Shown: positions 25,411 to 38,696, counted from the first letter of the whole stretch. The stretch is DNA of 63,772 bases, filler included, from Octopus bimaculoides (GCF_001194135.2; 8 parts of 8 records of this genome joined end to end with filler, not necessarily neighbours in it); one strand, 5' to 3'. The notes: a model not told the origin generated them from the letters alone. Translations and numbers: made by a program.

Positions 25411-27620
25411 NNNNNNNNNNNNNNNNNNNNNNNNNNNNNNNNNNNNNNNNNNNNNNNNNNNNNNNNNNNNNNNNNNNNNNNNNNNNNNNNNNNNNNNNNN
25501 NNNNNNNNNNNNNNNNNNNNNNNNNNNNNNNNNNNNNNNNNNNNNNNNNNNNNNNNNNNNNNNNNNNNNNNNNNNNNNNNNNNNNNNNNNNNNNNNNNNN
25601 NNNNNNNNNNNNNNNNNNNNNNNNNNNNNNNNNNNNNNNNNNNNNNNNNNNNNNNNNNNNNNNNNNNNNNNNNNNNNNNNNNNNNNNNNNNNNNNNNNNN
25701 NNNNNNNNNNNNNNNNNNNNNNNNNNNNNNNNNNNNNNNNNNNNNNNNNNNNNNNNNNNNNNNNNNNNNNNNNNNNNNNNNNNNNNNNNNNNNNNNNNNN
25801 NNNNNNNNNNNNNNNNNNNNNNNNNNNNNNNNNNNNNNNNNNNNNNNNNNNNNNNNNNNNNNNNNNNNNNNNNNNNNNNNNNNNNNNNNNNNNNNNNNNN
25901 NNNNNNNNNNNNNNNNNNNNNNNNNNNNNNNNNNNNNNNNNNNNNNNNNNNNNNNNNNNNNNNNNATATATACGTATATATATATGTATGTGTGCATCTC
26001 AGGCCATTTAGAATATTCAATTAGAGTAAGGTGATTGAAAAAATGGAGAAGTAGAAGTAATTAATGTCTTACAGCTGTTTCTGGGATATCCCAGGTGAGG
26101 GGTCAACACCCCATACTCTGGGTATTCCGTTGTCAGAGACAAGGTGTGTGTGCAGGAAAGTTCTGCCTGGAACTTTCCTGAGTGTGTATACACACACACA
26201 CACACACAAACACACGCAAATATATATATGGATGCTGTCCCATCTTACCAGATGATTGCCGTTTGATTGTGTTGTTGTCAATGGTGTTTCTGGTCTTCCA
26301 TTTATAGCCTCTGAGGGTCATGCTTCAAACCATGCAGATCTGCAAACGGGACTGAACCCTCTCCCACCCCCACCCCCAATCCACCCTGCAGAACTGTGCA
26401 AGTCGAAGCAAAGGTGACAGATAAAAGTTTTGAGTAGATGGAACGACTAATGAGGTTGTCGTAAAGAGACATCTGTACTTGGCTGGGTTATAGAGATAAA
26501 CACGAGTACCACACTGAATCCTTTTGTCAAGTACCTAGTCTGGCCAAAGTGAGATGACCAGTAATCATATGAAAGCGTAGCTTTTACATCAGACTCTCTG
26601 TGTGTATCTATATATACGAGGAGATACCCAAAAGTAATGTACAAATTTGCAATTAAATTACTGAGTATTAATTGAAATGGCTCTAAGAAATAAGGATGGT
26701 CAATTTGTTAATAATAAATAATTATTAATTTCCTACTCTCCATTTTCTTTTCTCCATTTAATTATACACATACATACATGTGTGTGTGTGTGTATATCAC
26801 ATACACATATGTATGTAGATATATATCTACATATACATGCACAAACGCACATATACATACATACACACATTTATGGAGAGCATGTCTGAGAAAGAAAAGG
26901 AAAAAAAAACTGTTTTTTAAGAAACACCTGTCGAGTTATATAATGCCCTACATTGCTCTTGTCTCTTGCTCAACTTGTGCTCAATACTTATCGGTGATTG
27001 ACATAAAAAAATAAAACACACACACACACACACACACATTTATCGTTAAACTCTGTTTACTTTACAGATATTGATTTGGGCTTCGATATGGATGACTGGT
27101 GCTGCTGCTTGTTGAACATGAAAACTTCTTGTCCGCGCAAACAGACAAATAGTTTACTCAACATTTTCATCATCATCATCGTTTTAATGTCCACTTTTTC
27201 ACNNNNNNNNNNNNNNNNNNNNNNNNNNNNNNNNNNNNNNNNNNNNNNNNNNNNNNNNNNNNNNNNNNNNNNNNNNNNNNNNNNNNNNNNNNNNNNNNNN
27301 NNNNNNNNNNNNNNNNNNNNNNNNNNNNNNNNNNNNNNNNNNNNNNNNNNNNNNNNNNNNNNNNNNNNNNNNNNNNNNNNNNNNNNNNNNNNNNNNNNNN
27401 NNNNNNNNNNNNNNNNNNNNNNNNNNNNNNNNNNNNNNNNNNNNNNNNNNNNNNNNNNNNNNNNNNNNNNNNNNNNNNNNNNNNNNNNNNNNNNNNNNNN
27501 NNNNNNNNNNNNNNNNNNNNNNNNNNNNNNNNNNNNNNNNNNNNNNNNNNNNNNNNNNNNNNNNNNNNNNNNNNNNNNNNNNNNNNNNNNNNNNNNNNNN
27601 NNNNNNNNNNNNNNNNNNNN

Positions 27621-27953
27621 NAACGGAACAGCCTGCTCATGAAATTAACGTGCAAGTGGCTGAGCACTCCACAGACACGTGTACCTTTAACGTAGTTCTC
27701 GGGGATATTCAGCATGACACAGTGTGACAAGGCTGGCCCTTTGAATTACAGGGACAACAGAAACAGGAAGTAAGAGTGAGAGAAAGTTGTGGTGAAAGAG
27801 TACAGCAGGGTTCGCCACCATTCCCTGCCGGAGCCTCGTGGAGCTTTGGGTGTTTTCACTCAATAAACACTCACAACACCCAGTCTGGGAATCGAAACCA
27901 CGATCCTATGACCGCGAGTCCGCTGCCTTAACCACTGGGCCATTGCGCCTCCA
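27621..27953 (-). mobile_element. SINE family T
   Basis: Reverse complement of 3391-3769; the 3' end lies in the gap. Confidence 0.9.
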
Positions 27954-28663
27954 TGGTCACTCAGTATTCTCAAAACAACTGTCAAATCTCTCTCTTCTTA
28001 CTAAAACAGGACATAATGTGACAAAGTTAATATAGTGTTAGACAGACTACATCACAGAGACGTGTTGGTCATCGCTTTAACACCTTTAATTCTGTACCTG
28101 GTCAATAAATGTTGACCTGGGGCCAAACAATAGCTACGACAATGATGCAGGTGACAAGGGAGTCTGTACCTGGTCGTTTGACTTGCTAAGAATATAAACA
28201 CTATACCTTAATGTCTTCAAAATCGGAAGGACACCTTGGACAGTGTAGTGAGGGGCGAAAGGGAAGATGGCGGCAACGTCTTTGATTATAGGACTACTGG
28301 ATCAGGACTGACATGTGGTTAAACAACAACATGACGAGTGGATAAGAGGCAAAGAATCTGCTAGAAATACTAACCAAATACCTTTCAAATAAAACTGCTG
28401 GCTTTTCTAAATAATGCGGACGTTAAACGACGATGATGATGATGATGATATATACATGCATATATATACACACACAAATATACATACATACACGCATGCG
28501 CACATACATACATATGTATACATACATATACTGTATCTTGAAATAATAGCATGAAATTTCATATCAAAAAAATTCCTCACCAAGATATATGTGTTTAAAA
28601 TAGTATTGTATTAAAAATATATGTAAATATATGAAACATGACTGTTTAAAGGTTTGGTAATTA

Positions 28664-28753
28664 ATCTTACGATCGTTTCGCGAAAGTTTTGTCATTATAA
28701 TGGAATCCATGATTGATACACATTGATAGACAATACTTCCACTCGTCAGAGAT
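28664..28753 (-). ncRNA. Type I hammerhead ribozyme with complete core
   Basis: ATCT-CTGACGA-GTGGAAG[49 nt]CTTTCGC-GAAA-CGATCG-TA-AGAT. Helix III is the palindrome ACGATCGT; the cleavage triplet is GUA. Confidence 0.78.
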
Positions 28754-29576
28754 AGAGAAGGTAAAGTTTTTATAATATATCGAGTGTTGTTTTAAAAATC
28801 AGAAAAATATATAAAAGAGTATTTTTGAAAAATAAATTGAAATTTACTGATTTTAATTCAGGTAAGTAGACTTTGGTANNNNNNNNNNNNNNNNNNNNNN
28901 NNNNNNNNNNNNNNNNNNNNNNNNNNNNNNNNNNNNNNNNNNNNNNNNNNNNNNNNNNNNNNNNNNNNNNNNNNNNNNNNNNNNNNNNNNNNNNNNNNNN
29001 NNNNNNNNNNNNNNNNNNNNNNNNNATATATATCCTTGGTAAGTTCATCTCAGTAATCCATGACAATTTTGTGTAAGTGGTACCTGACCTTGCATTCCAT
29101 GTTTGAGATGTAGAAAAAAAGATTTTGGTGATCAATGTATTGCTATTATATTTTTAATTGTATAACTGGAAGATACCAATTTAAATTTTAAATTTTTTTC
29201 TTTAATTATTATTATTACAACTGTAAAGGTTTATTTATTGTAGGTTAAATGTTTACAGGTTCAAATTCTAAGAAAACCAATTTATCAATCGTTTAATGTA
29301 TAATATATGTCGTGTAAATATGTTTATAATCAAAAATATTTTAATTACTTTATCTACCAATTTATTTAAAATTATTTTCTTATCTTGAATTGTTACTATA
29401 AATGATAAATAATAGATACTAATGTAAATTTTTATTGGATCTTTTATAATATTTAAGTTTTATAGAATTTATGTCTACATGTTGAAAGCACTTCTGATTG
29501 ACAATTTATTAAGTTCTTTTGACTATACAGTAAAATATACAGTGATTCCTTTGTATAGAGATAGCAACTATTAGAC

Positions 29577-29900
29577 TTATGTGTGTATGGTGTAGCTGAA
29601 TCTATAGTTAACTTTATTTTGTTTCAATTTGTGTATATAGGTAGCTAATGAAGTAGTATTACTAGTGATATTAGGTTTAAAGGAATATATGTGTGCTAAA
29701 AATCTTTGCTTAAAATTACCAGAACTCCCTATGTATACCATATTACTTAAACTATCTGTTAATGTAACTATGCACTTGTATATCACGTTAAATCTTCTAC
29801 ATTTACCTTCTAAAGGGCATGATTCTTTATTTTTACATGAGCAATTTTTATTTTTATATTTCTGTTCAGAAGTATAATATTTAATATTATCATGATTAGT
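29577..29900 (-). mobile_element. Penelope-like element remnant, GIY-YIG endonuclease
   Basis: CSCKNKESCPLEGKCRRFNVIYKC..VYIGSSGNFKQRFLAH..TSLATYIHKLK. Confidence 0.88.
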
Positions 29901-29964
29901 TGTTCGGGTGCTTAATGTTATCATTGAATTTGCTGTAGTCTTATTTATCTTGGAGTTAGATATA

Positions 29965-30658
29965 TTAGGTTGTCAAGAAAGTTGTTGTGGAATTTTAAAT
30001 TTTGGTTTTAAATGATGTATTTTCAAACGAATTTTCATTAAATTACTTTGACTTTATTTATCATTTTAATGCTTGTTTTTTTGCTCTATGTAATCGTGTT
30101 ACTCTTTTTCTTTTTGAATAATTAGGCCATTTTTTCCAGAATGTTGAATACAACATGGACAAAAAGCAAATTCGCACACAAGCTAGGCCGAAAAGCTGTT
30201 GAAACAGCTTGCGATATCAACGATGCATTTGGCCCAGGAACCACTAATGAACATACAGCACAATGATGGTTCAAGAAATTTCATAGTGGTGACGAGTGTC
30301 CTGAAGATAAGTGTAGTGGTCGGCCATCGGATGTTGACGACGATCAACTAAGAGTCTTAGTTGAAGCCAATCCATGCACAACTGCTTGAGAGCTTGCTTC
30401 AGAATTAGATGTAACGTATACGGCAATTTCCAACCACTTGAAAGAGATTGGAAAAACAAAAATACTTGAGAAATGGGAGCTGCATGAATTGAATGACAAC
30501 CAAAAAAAAACCCCCCGTTTTGAAGTGTCGTCTTCCCTTCTTTTACGCAACAACAACGACCCATTTCTCAACCAGATTATGACTTGCAATGAAAAGTGGA
30601 TTCTTTATGGCAACTGGCGACACTCAGCTCAGTGGTTGGATGCCGACAAAGCTCCACA
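29965..30658 (+). mobile_element. Hsmar1-like mariner, decayed, runs into gap
   Basis: TA-TTAGGTTG terminus. MDKKQIR/..GRKAVETACDINDAFGPGTTNEHTAQ*WFKKF..GRPSDVDDDQLR..RFEVSSSLLLRNNNDPFLNQIMTCNEKWILY. Confidence 0.9.
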
Positions 30659-31130
30659 NNNNNNNNNNNNNNNNNNNNNNNNNNNNNNNNNNNNNNNNNN
30701 NNNNNNNNNNNNNNNNNNNNNNNNNNNNNNNNNNNNNNNNNNNNNNNNNNNNNNNNNNNNNNNNNNNNNNNNNNNNNNNNNNNNNNNNNNNNNNNNNNNN
30801 NNNNNNNNNNNNNNNNNNNNNNNNNNNNNNNNNNNNNNNNNNNNNNNNNNNNNNNNNNNNNNNNNNNNNNNNNNNNNNNNNNNNNNNNNNNNNNNNNNNN
30901 NNNNNNNNNNNNNNNNNNNNNNNNNNNNNNNNNNNNNNNNNNNNNNNNNNNNNNNNNNNNNNNNNNNNNNNNNNNNNNNNNNNNNNNNNNNNNNNNNNNN
31001 NNNNNNNNNNNNNATGTACTAGCTGATGTACCTGGTAATTCCTGGGGGTAAAGATGGTCTATTGAAATGCCTTATTACTCTGATATAAGAAGCAATTTTG
31101 TTATGACTGCCACAAAACGTGTATTGAACA

Positions 31131-31280
31131 AAGATACGGAACATTACTGACCTAAAGCAAAAGATTACTGATGCCATTGCCACAATTGATGAGGTTATGC
31201 TACAGCGAACATGGCAAGAAATCGAGTACCGTCTTGATCTGCTTCATGCAACTAATGGTGCCCATGTAGAAGTGTATTAA
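31131..31280 (+). mobile_element. C-terminus of a second Tc1/mariner-superfamily transposase
   Basis: KIRNITDLKQKITDAIATIDEVMLQRTWQEIEYRLDLLHATNGAHVEVY*. Confidence 0.75.
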
Positions 31281-31667
31281 ATGAGGTAAAAAAAATTTTA
31301 ATAAACACTGAATACAATAGAACAAATCTGAATAAAATATCTTATCAATTGCATTTGTAATAAAGTTTTGAAATGGTAAAATATGGTTGTTAGAATTTTG
31401 TTCTATCGATATCATTGCTATGTCTTGAGCTTTATCTGGAATCTTAGTGCTACTGTTTATTTCATTATTAGTAGTGTTATTGTTGTGACTAAAACTATTC
31501 TTATATTAAGTATATTTGCCACTTAAATGCAGCTAGACCCTAAGGGTGAATGCTACTGTTGCTTTTAACCCCAGGAGAACATCTCCTCCAGCTGGCTTTT
31601 GACACACATCTGTGCCCTGTGGGTATTTGCAAAGGGAGGTCATCCTTCCCACAGCCGATCTGATGTG

Positions 31668-31714
31668 ATATGCACGGACCCGGGTTTCTGGGTATTTACA
31701 CTTCGTCAGCATAT
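31668..31714 (-). ncRNA. Minimal type I hammerhead-like motif
   Basis: TATG-CTGACGA-A-GTGT AAAT ACCC-A-GAAA-CCCGGG-TC-CGTG. Helix III is the palindrome ACCCGGGT with a GUC site; helix II has a mismatch. Confidence 0.55.
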
Positions 31715-32271
31715 AACAATCACCGATCTTCAATGCGAAGGGCTCCCAGTGCAAATACATATACACAACAAACCTAACATGTATAAAATTACAACTAAAA
31801 CACAAACCAAAGTCAAATTATTATATATAATAAAGAGACAATACAAAACCTATTTTCAAGGTATGTATATATTTTCATATTAATTTTTTTTCTATTAGAA
31901 CTGGCAATAATAGATCCTATGTTTGGTGTTGGAGACAAGGATATTTTGATTAATGATCTGTTAAATATGTGGAGATATTTATTGGTTACTAGGAAAGCTT
32001 TTTTTTTAACTATATTTAAAAACTTTTTTGCTAAACCCTTAACATTTAATGAAAATACAGGATATATAATCCCTCGTATTAAAGGTCTAGATACTTTATA
32101 GTATTCATATTTTTGACACTTTGTACGAACAGCATTTATATATACATATAAATATATATATATATATATATNNNNNNNNNNNNNNNNNNNNNNNNNNNNN
32201 NNNNNNNNNNNNNNNTTAATTAATTAANNNNNNNNNNNNNNNNNNNNNNNNNNNNNNNNNNNNNNNNNNNN

Positions 32272-32311
<40 letters not shown>

Positions 32312-33090
32312 CGAAAGATACATAGATAGAAACTAAGCTGTCATTGCGTATAGGTCATGCATTGATAGTAATTGACTTGAATATTACTTTATCTTTTACT
32401 TGTTTCAGTCATTAGACCGTGGCCATGCTGGGGCACTGCCTTGAAGGGTTTAGCCGAATAAATTGATCCCAGTAATCATTTTTTTCTGCTCAACCTGCTC
32501 TATCAGAATCTTTCTTCCGAGCCGCTAAGTTATGGGACGTAAATAAACTAACACCGGTTGTATTGCGATGCTTGAAGGCAAACACAAATACATACACCAA
32601 CACTCACATGCAATGGGCTTCCATATAGTTTTCTTTACATATCCATCTATCAAATCCACTGACATAGCATTTGTTGGTCTGCAACTGTAGTAGAAGAGAC
32701 TACTTCTTAATCAGAAGAGAAAGGTGGCAGTCACGATAACTCTTGTCAGAGTACAGTGTCTTCTGGTGGAATCTGTGAAGGAGATATTTCTGCAAGGACA
32801 TAAGTTTCTGTATTATGGATGAACACATCAGAATACTGAATAGCCTATATTAACACCGGAAATGTGTATATGTAGAACACATCTACATACAAAACCAAGT
32901 TATTGAAAAGTTTACTTTGCAAACATATATGAGGATTCGATATTACGTCAATACCATCAGTGGATAATGTGCTGTACGATATCCACAGAGGTGATCCAAA
33001 CTTTGAGAATGGATTTGAATAGGTTGAAACTGTGTAGAAACGAAGGGGAAGAAATCTTTTTTTTTTAACTAGACAATTACAGAAGGAACA

Positions 33091-33178
33091 AAGAAGAAGA
33101 AGAAGAAGAAGAAGAAGAAGAAGAAGAAGAAGAAGAAGAAGAAGAAGAAGAAGAAGAAGAAGAAGAAGAAGAAGAAGA
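33091..33178. repeat. (AAG)n microsatellite
   Basis: Direct reading. Confidence 0.98.
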
Positions 33179-34134
33179 NNNNNNNNNNNNNNNNNNNNNN
33201 NNNNNNNNNNNNNNNNNNNNNNNNNNNNNNNNNNNNNNNNNNNNNNNNNNNNNNNNNNNNNNNNNNNNNNNNNNNNNNNNNNNNNNNNNNNNNNNNNNNN
33301 NNNNNNNNNNNNNNNNNNNNNNNNNNNNNNNNNNNNNNNNNNNNNNNNNNNNNNNNNNNNNNNNNNNNNNNNNNNNNNNNNNNNNNNNNNNNNNNNNNNN
33401 NNNNNNNNNNNNNNNNNNNNNNNNNNNNNNNNNNNNNNNNNNNNNNNNNNNNNNNNNNNNNNNNNNNNNNNNNNNNNNNNNNNNNNNNNNNNNNNNNNNN
33501 NNNNNNNNNNNNNNNNNNNNNNNNNNNNNNNNNNNNNNNNNNNNNNNNNNNNNNNNNNNNNNNNNNNNNNNNNNNNNNNNNNNNNNNNNNNNNNNNNNNN
33601 NNNNNNNNNNNNNNNNNNNNNNNNNNNNNNNNNNNNNNNNNNNNNNNNNNNNNNNNNNNNNNNNNNNNNNNNNNNNNNNNNNNNNNNNNNNNNNNNNNNN
33701 NNNNNNNNNNNNNNNNNNNNNNNNNNNNNNNNNNNNNNNNNNNNNNNNNNNNNNNNNNNNNNNNNNNNNNNNNNNNNNNNNNNNNNNNNNNNNNNNNNNN
33801 NNNNNNNNNNNNNNNNNNNNNNNNNNNNNNNNNNNNNNNNNNNNNNNNNNNNNNNNNNNNNNNNNNNNNNNNNNNNNNNNNNNNNNNNNNNNNNNNNNNN
33901 NNNNNNNNNNNNNNNNNNNNNNNNNNNNNNNNNNNNNNNNNNNNNNNNNNNNNNNNNNNNNNNNNNNNNNNNNNNNNNNNNNNNNNNNNNNNNNNNNNNN
34001 NNNNNNNNNNNNNNNNNNNNNNNNNNNNNNNNNNNNNNNNNNNNNNNNNNNNNNNNNNNGTGTGTGTGTATGTGTGTGCGTGTGTGTATGGATACATACA
34101 TACATACAAGATGAAACTGCTTGGGTTTGATATG

Positions 34135-34176
<42 letters not shown>

Positions 34177-34820
34177 AATAGAGAGAAAGCAAAGATTGGA
34201 AATTTTCAGGCGATGAATATTCAAGTATAAATATATTTATATATTAACAAAGCAAACTTACTGAGTACAAAGTCACAGAAAGTTAAAGGGGGAGAGTTAT
34301 GGTGTACAAGTTATGTACAAGTCCGACATTTGTTTCTGGAGTCTCAAAGTTACTTCACAATGGTGGCAGATGTAGTTCACCAGAATATGCAATCAGTAAT
34401 GGAAGCAAATAAACATTGGAGAGACCCGGCCTCCATTTCAGATCATGATGCAGGGAAATTTAAAAGTCTAATGGGTGAAGTGGAAGGCAAACATGGGTAG
34501 GTCAGGTCCCTGTGGTCCGTTACCACTTAGAAGAACGTGAGCTATTATCAGTATTGGTATTAGATTGGAAGGAGGTATTACCGCTGATATACGTGATCAT
34601 ATATATTTTGCATATCAAACCCAAGCGGTTTTATTCGTTTATTTGCATAATTATCTCTATATCAACTCACCTAGATTTCGCTATGGTTACTCTTTACTCT
34701 CACGGACTTGGTCGTCGGTGAAGGTTTTCGAGGCTGTAAGTTCAAATCAGTTCAGTGCTACTGTTTTCTATACTGAGAATTTCTGGTTCTCATCTGTTGA
34801 CTCTATACAAACACACATGC

Positions 34821-35060
<240 letters not shown>

Positions 35061-35623
35061 AGTTCTTAGAAACACAGAGAATGAGAGAATCAAATATCCA
35101 TATAGATTAAATTTATTCATAAATCAGAAAATTACATGACATTTTGAAAACCTTAGTTTGTAAATGCAAGTTGCTCAGTCGCTTGTGATATCAGTGTACG
35201 GCGTTCTTTATGATATGGGAGTGTGCAGGGGCGCGTGTGTTCGTGCGTCTGTGTTTGTGTGTGTGTGCGACCGTATAGGTGTGTGTTTGCGTGCGACCGT
35301 GCATGTGTGTGCGTTTGCGTGACTGTGTATGTGTGCGACCGTGTGTGTGTGTGCACGACTGTGTGTGTGAGCACGACTTTGTGTGTGTGTGTGTACGAAT
35401 CTGTGTGTGTGCGCGCGCGTGTGTGTGTGTGTGAGCGATTGTGTAGGTGTGTGTATTTGTGTGTGCATCTGTGCGTTTGTGTGCACATGTGTGGGTCTGT
35501 GTGTTTCTCTAAGTCTTTGTATGCCTATATTTGTGTATTTGTATGTATACATGCGTGTGTGACTGCTTATGCTTTCATGTGCATGCGCGTGACTTGTTAC
35601 AAATGTTTGATAGTATTTCTTCA

Positions 35624-35880
35624 AAGCGCGTGGCTTAGTTGTTAGAGTATTCGACTCACGATCGTAAGGTCGTGAGTTCGATTCCCGGCATCGCATTAAG
35701 TCCTTTAGCAAGACATTTTATTTTACGTGTATTTCAAAGGAGCCAGCCTTGTCACACTCTGTGTTACGCTGAATCTCCCTGAGAACTACGTTAAGGGCAC
35801 ACATGCCTGTCACAAACATGATGTTCCATTGATCGGATGAATTGGAGCGCTCATCGTCGTAACCGACGTAGTGCCATTTT
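35624..35880 (+). mobile_element. tRNA-derived SINE related to family T
   Basis: GCGCGTGGCTTAGT..GAGTTCGATTCCCGGC head; shared body AGCCTTGTCACACTCTGTG..TGAATCTCCCTGAGAACTACGTTAAGGG. Confidence 0.75.
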
Positions 35881-36274
35881 GTATTTGTCCGTGCTGTTGA
35901 CATACATACTACTGGCTACTCTGAGTTGTTTCTCTTAGCTCATTGGAGTGTGCGTGCGTGTGTATACATTACATTACATACATACATACATACATGCATG
36001 CATACATGCATGTATGCATGCATACATATATACATACATACATAGATGCATACATACATACATGCATACATACAAACATACATACATACATANNNNNNNN
36101 NNNNNNNNNNNNNNNNNNNNNNNNNNNNNNNNNNNNTTAATTAATTAANNNNNNNNNNNNNNNNNNNNNNNNNNNNNNNNNNNNNNNNNNNNCTATAGCC
36201 TTGGGCTGACCAAAGCCTTGTGAGTGGATTTGGTAGACGGAAACTGAAAGAAGCCCATCGTGTATATGTATATG

Positions 36275-36319
<45 letters not shown>

Positions 36320-38323
36320 CTATGTTTGTCCCCGTAAACTTAGCGGTTTGGCAAAAAGTGACCGATAGAATAAGTACTAGGCTTACAAAGAATAAGTCCT
36401 GGGGTCGATTTGCTAGACTAAAGGCGGTGCTTCAGCATGGCCGCAGTCAAATGACTGAAACAAGTAAAATAGTATAGTCACAAAAATGGATTGATGGTAG
36501 TGTTGTGCTGATTCTGTTACCATCCATGTTTATTTTATTTCCCTCCTAGAGTGAAAAGACTTAGCTTTTCTTAGTAAAATTTCAGTTTAAAATTGTTAGA
36601 CTGCAGACCAGTTACCGATTTCAAATTTCTCTCTGGTGACAGTGAAAATAAGCCCAGGCTCATACACCTTGCCCCATTGTCGTCTACTATAGCCCCAGGC
36701 TGACCAAAACGTTGTGAGTGGATTTGGTTGGAGAAACTGAAAGAAGTGTGTGTGTTGAGTTGGTGGATCCTTGTTTTGACATCATGTGATTGTTGTGAAC
36801 AATAACCACCGTCATACAAGCTGTGTCCTTCGTTTCCAAGCTTCCATGAAAAACATGTCCAGCCAGGGCGGAGTGGGGGTTAGCTTTCTTGAAAATGGGT
36901 GAGAGTTGGCGACAGGAAGGGCATCCAGCTAGAGAAAATCTGTCTCAACACATTTCTTCCTACTCATTCAAGCATGGAAATGTGGCTAAAAACAAACACT
37001 ATGCAATGCCAATGACTTCAGTGAAAGCCAAACAAAAACCAGTTAACCTAATTTTCAGCTAATTAGTGTTAACGATTGTGAAGTAAAATGGTCTTTGTCA
37101 TTTTCTATCAAATATGAGAGACAACACCAAATAGGTTTTGGTTTAATTCTAACCTCATCAGTTAAACATAGCTTTTGCCATACTTCCTCAAGTAGTGTTT
37201 CTTTCATCAGTGTATATGCACAAGATTATACACTTATTGATATGGGATAAGTTCGCTCGGAATAAATTTTTTAATTCAGACTCACCCTCTGCATGAAAAA
37301 CCAACAGGTAAGTCTATGCATGTAATGAGGATCTGTAAAGAATGATCGCATGGATAGAGTCATGCAGTTACATCTTCAACAACAAGGGAACTACGACAAC
37401 AAATAGAAAACCTCTTTAATATCAAGATTGAGAAGTACAAGTGTATAAAGATTTGTGAGGCCACATCTGCTGGCTTAAAAAATATATTTATAGAGGAAAG
37501 ACCATCGAGTGCTGCATGAGGCCCTGGGAGCCACAGTTGGTTAACCCCAGGTCAGCCTTTATATAATCTAGACCATGCTGTCTCTTTACTGGTGTATAGG
37601 AATATACTAGCTTAAAAACTGCCCTGTCGGGCAGCTTTTAAGCTAGCTCCTGTGGAGGGCTCTTCATTGGGCTTTGGGCCCAACGATGACACTTCATGCA
37701 TTGAGTACATATTAAATTTTATTAAACTTGACCAATATTTCTCAAGCAATGAACAATTTTCATCAAAACAATGATGTAATTTGTCAACTTATTGCAAAGC
37801 TGCATAGTAACATTTTTTTTTTGTTTTCTGTCTGTCCTCTTTCCGTCTCTCTCTCTCTCTTTCTGTTGATTGTTTTCAACCATCACCATCACCAGTACCA
37901 CCACCATCGCCACCACAACTGTTATACGCACACCATTCAGACTTCTGATGCCACCACCATTAATACCTTTGACTTTGCTGCCTTCCCCTCCACCACCATC
38001 ACCACTGTCTTTCACATTGCTTACTTTCACCGTCATCCCTGGCTCCCTCAGCTACCACCATCATCACTGTTGCCTCCGCCTCTACCACAACTACAGCTCA
38101 TACTATTACTATCCCATTACCATCACAGCTGTCAGTCTACTGCCACCCTCACCATCTCTATGCCTACTATTACTCTCACCCCAGCAGGAGCAACAAATAG
38201 TTGAAGTGTCATTGAATAGTGAGAGGGGGGGGTCAAAGTGTGACACACTGACACACAAATTCCTTTTTGGCATATATTATTATTATAGATCTGGAAGGTA
38301 ACGGGAACCAACGGAAAGTAAGT

Positions 38324-38696
38324 GTGCCATAGGACTCCCCAAATGTGCCACCCTCTAACTGTGCCATAGGGCTCCCCGGATGTGCCACCCTCGTAAGTGC
38401 GCCATAGGGCTCGCCATATGTGCCGCCAAGGATGTTCCACCCTCCTATGTGTGCCATAGGGCTCCCCATATGTGCCGCAAAGGATGAAAATGTTGATCAC
38501 AATTTTTGATTAAAGTTTTAATCAAAATTTTCTGAAACTTCTAAAATCACCTACCAGCGAAAAGAAAATTAGAAGTGGTAGAATTGTGCCGCCAAGGATG
38601 TGCCACCCTCGTAAGTGCGCCATAGGGCTCGCCATATGTGCCGCCAAGGATGTTCCACCCTCCTATGTGTGCCATAGGGCTCCCCATATGTGCCGC
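38324..38696. repeat. Modular GTGCC-anchored repeat with an exact 101-bp duplication
   Basis: Modules of 21, 16-17 and 14 bp; 38378-38478 equals 38596-38696. Confidence 0.9.

Noticed and set aside
27069-27170. Possible exon after TTTACTTTACAG
   Set aside because: No recognisable peptide in any frame, no clear donor, and no partner exons on that piece.
28264-28274. Exact YY1-like motif AAGATGGCGGC
   Set aside because: It lies within a decayed dispersed repeat with no adjacent gene start.
34660-34720. CCGACGA...GAAA-TCTAGG-T on the minus strand
   Set aside because: Core mismatch, no helix II, and G at the cleavage position.
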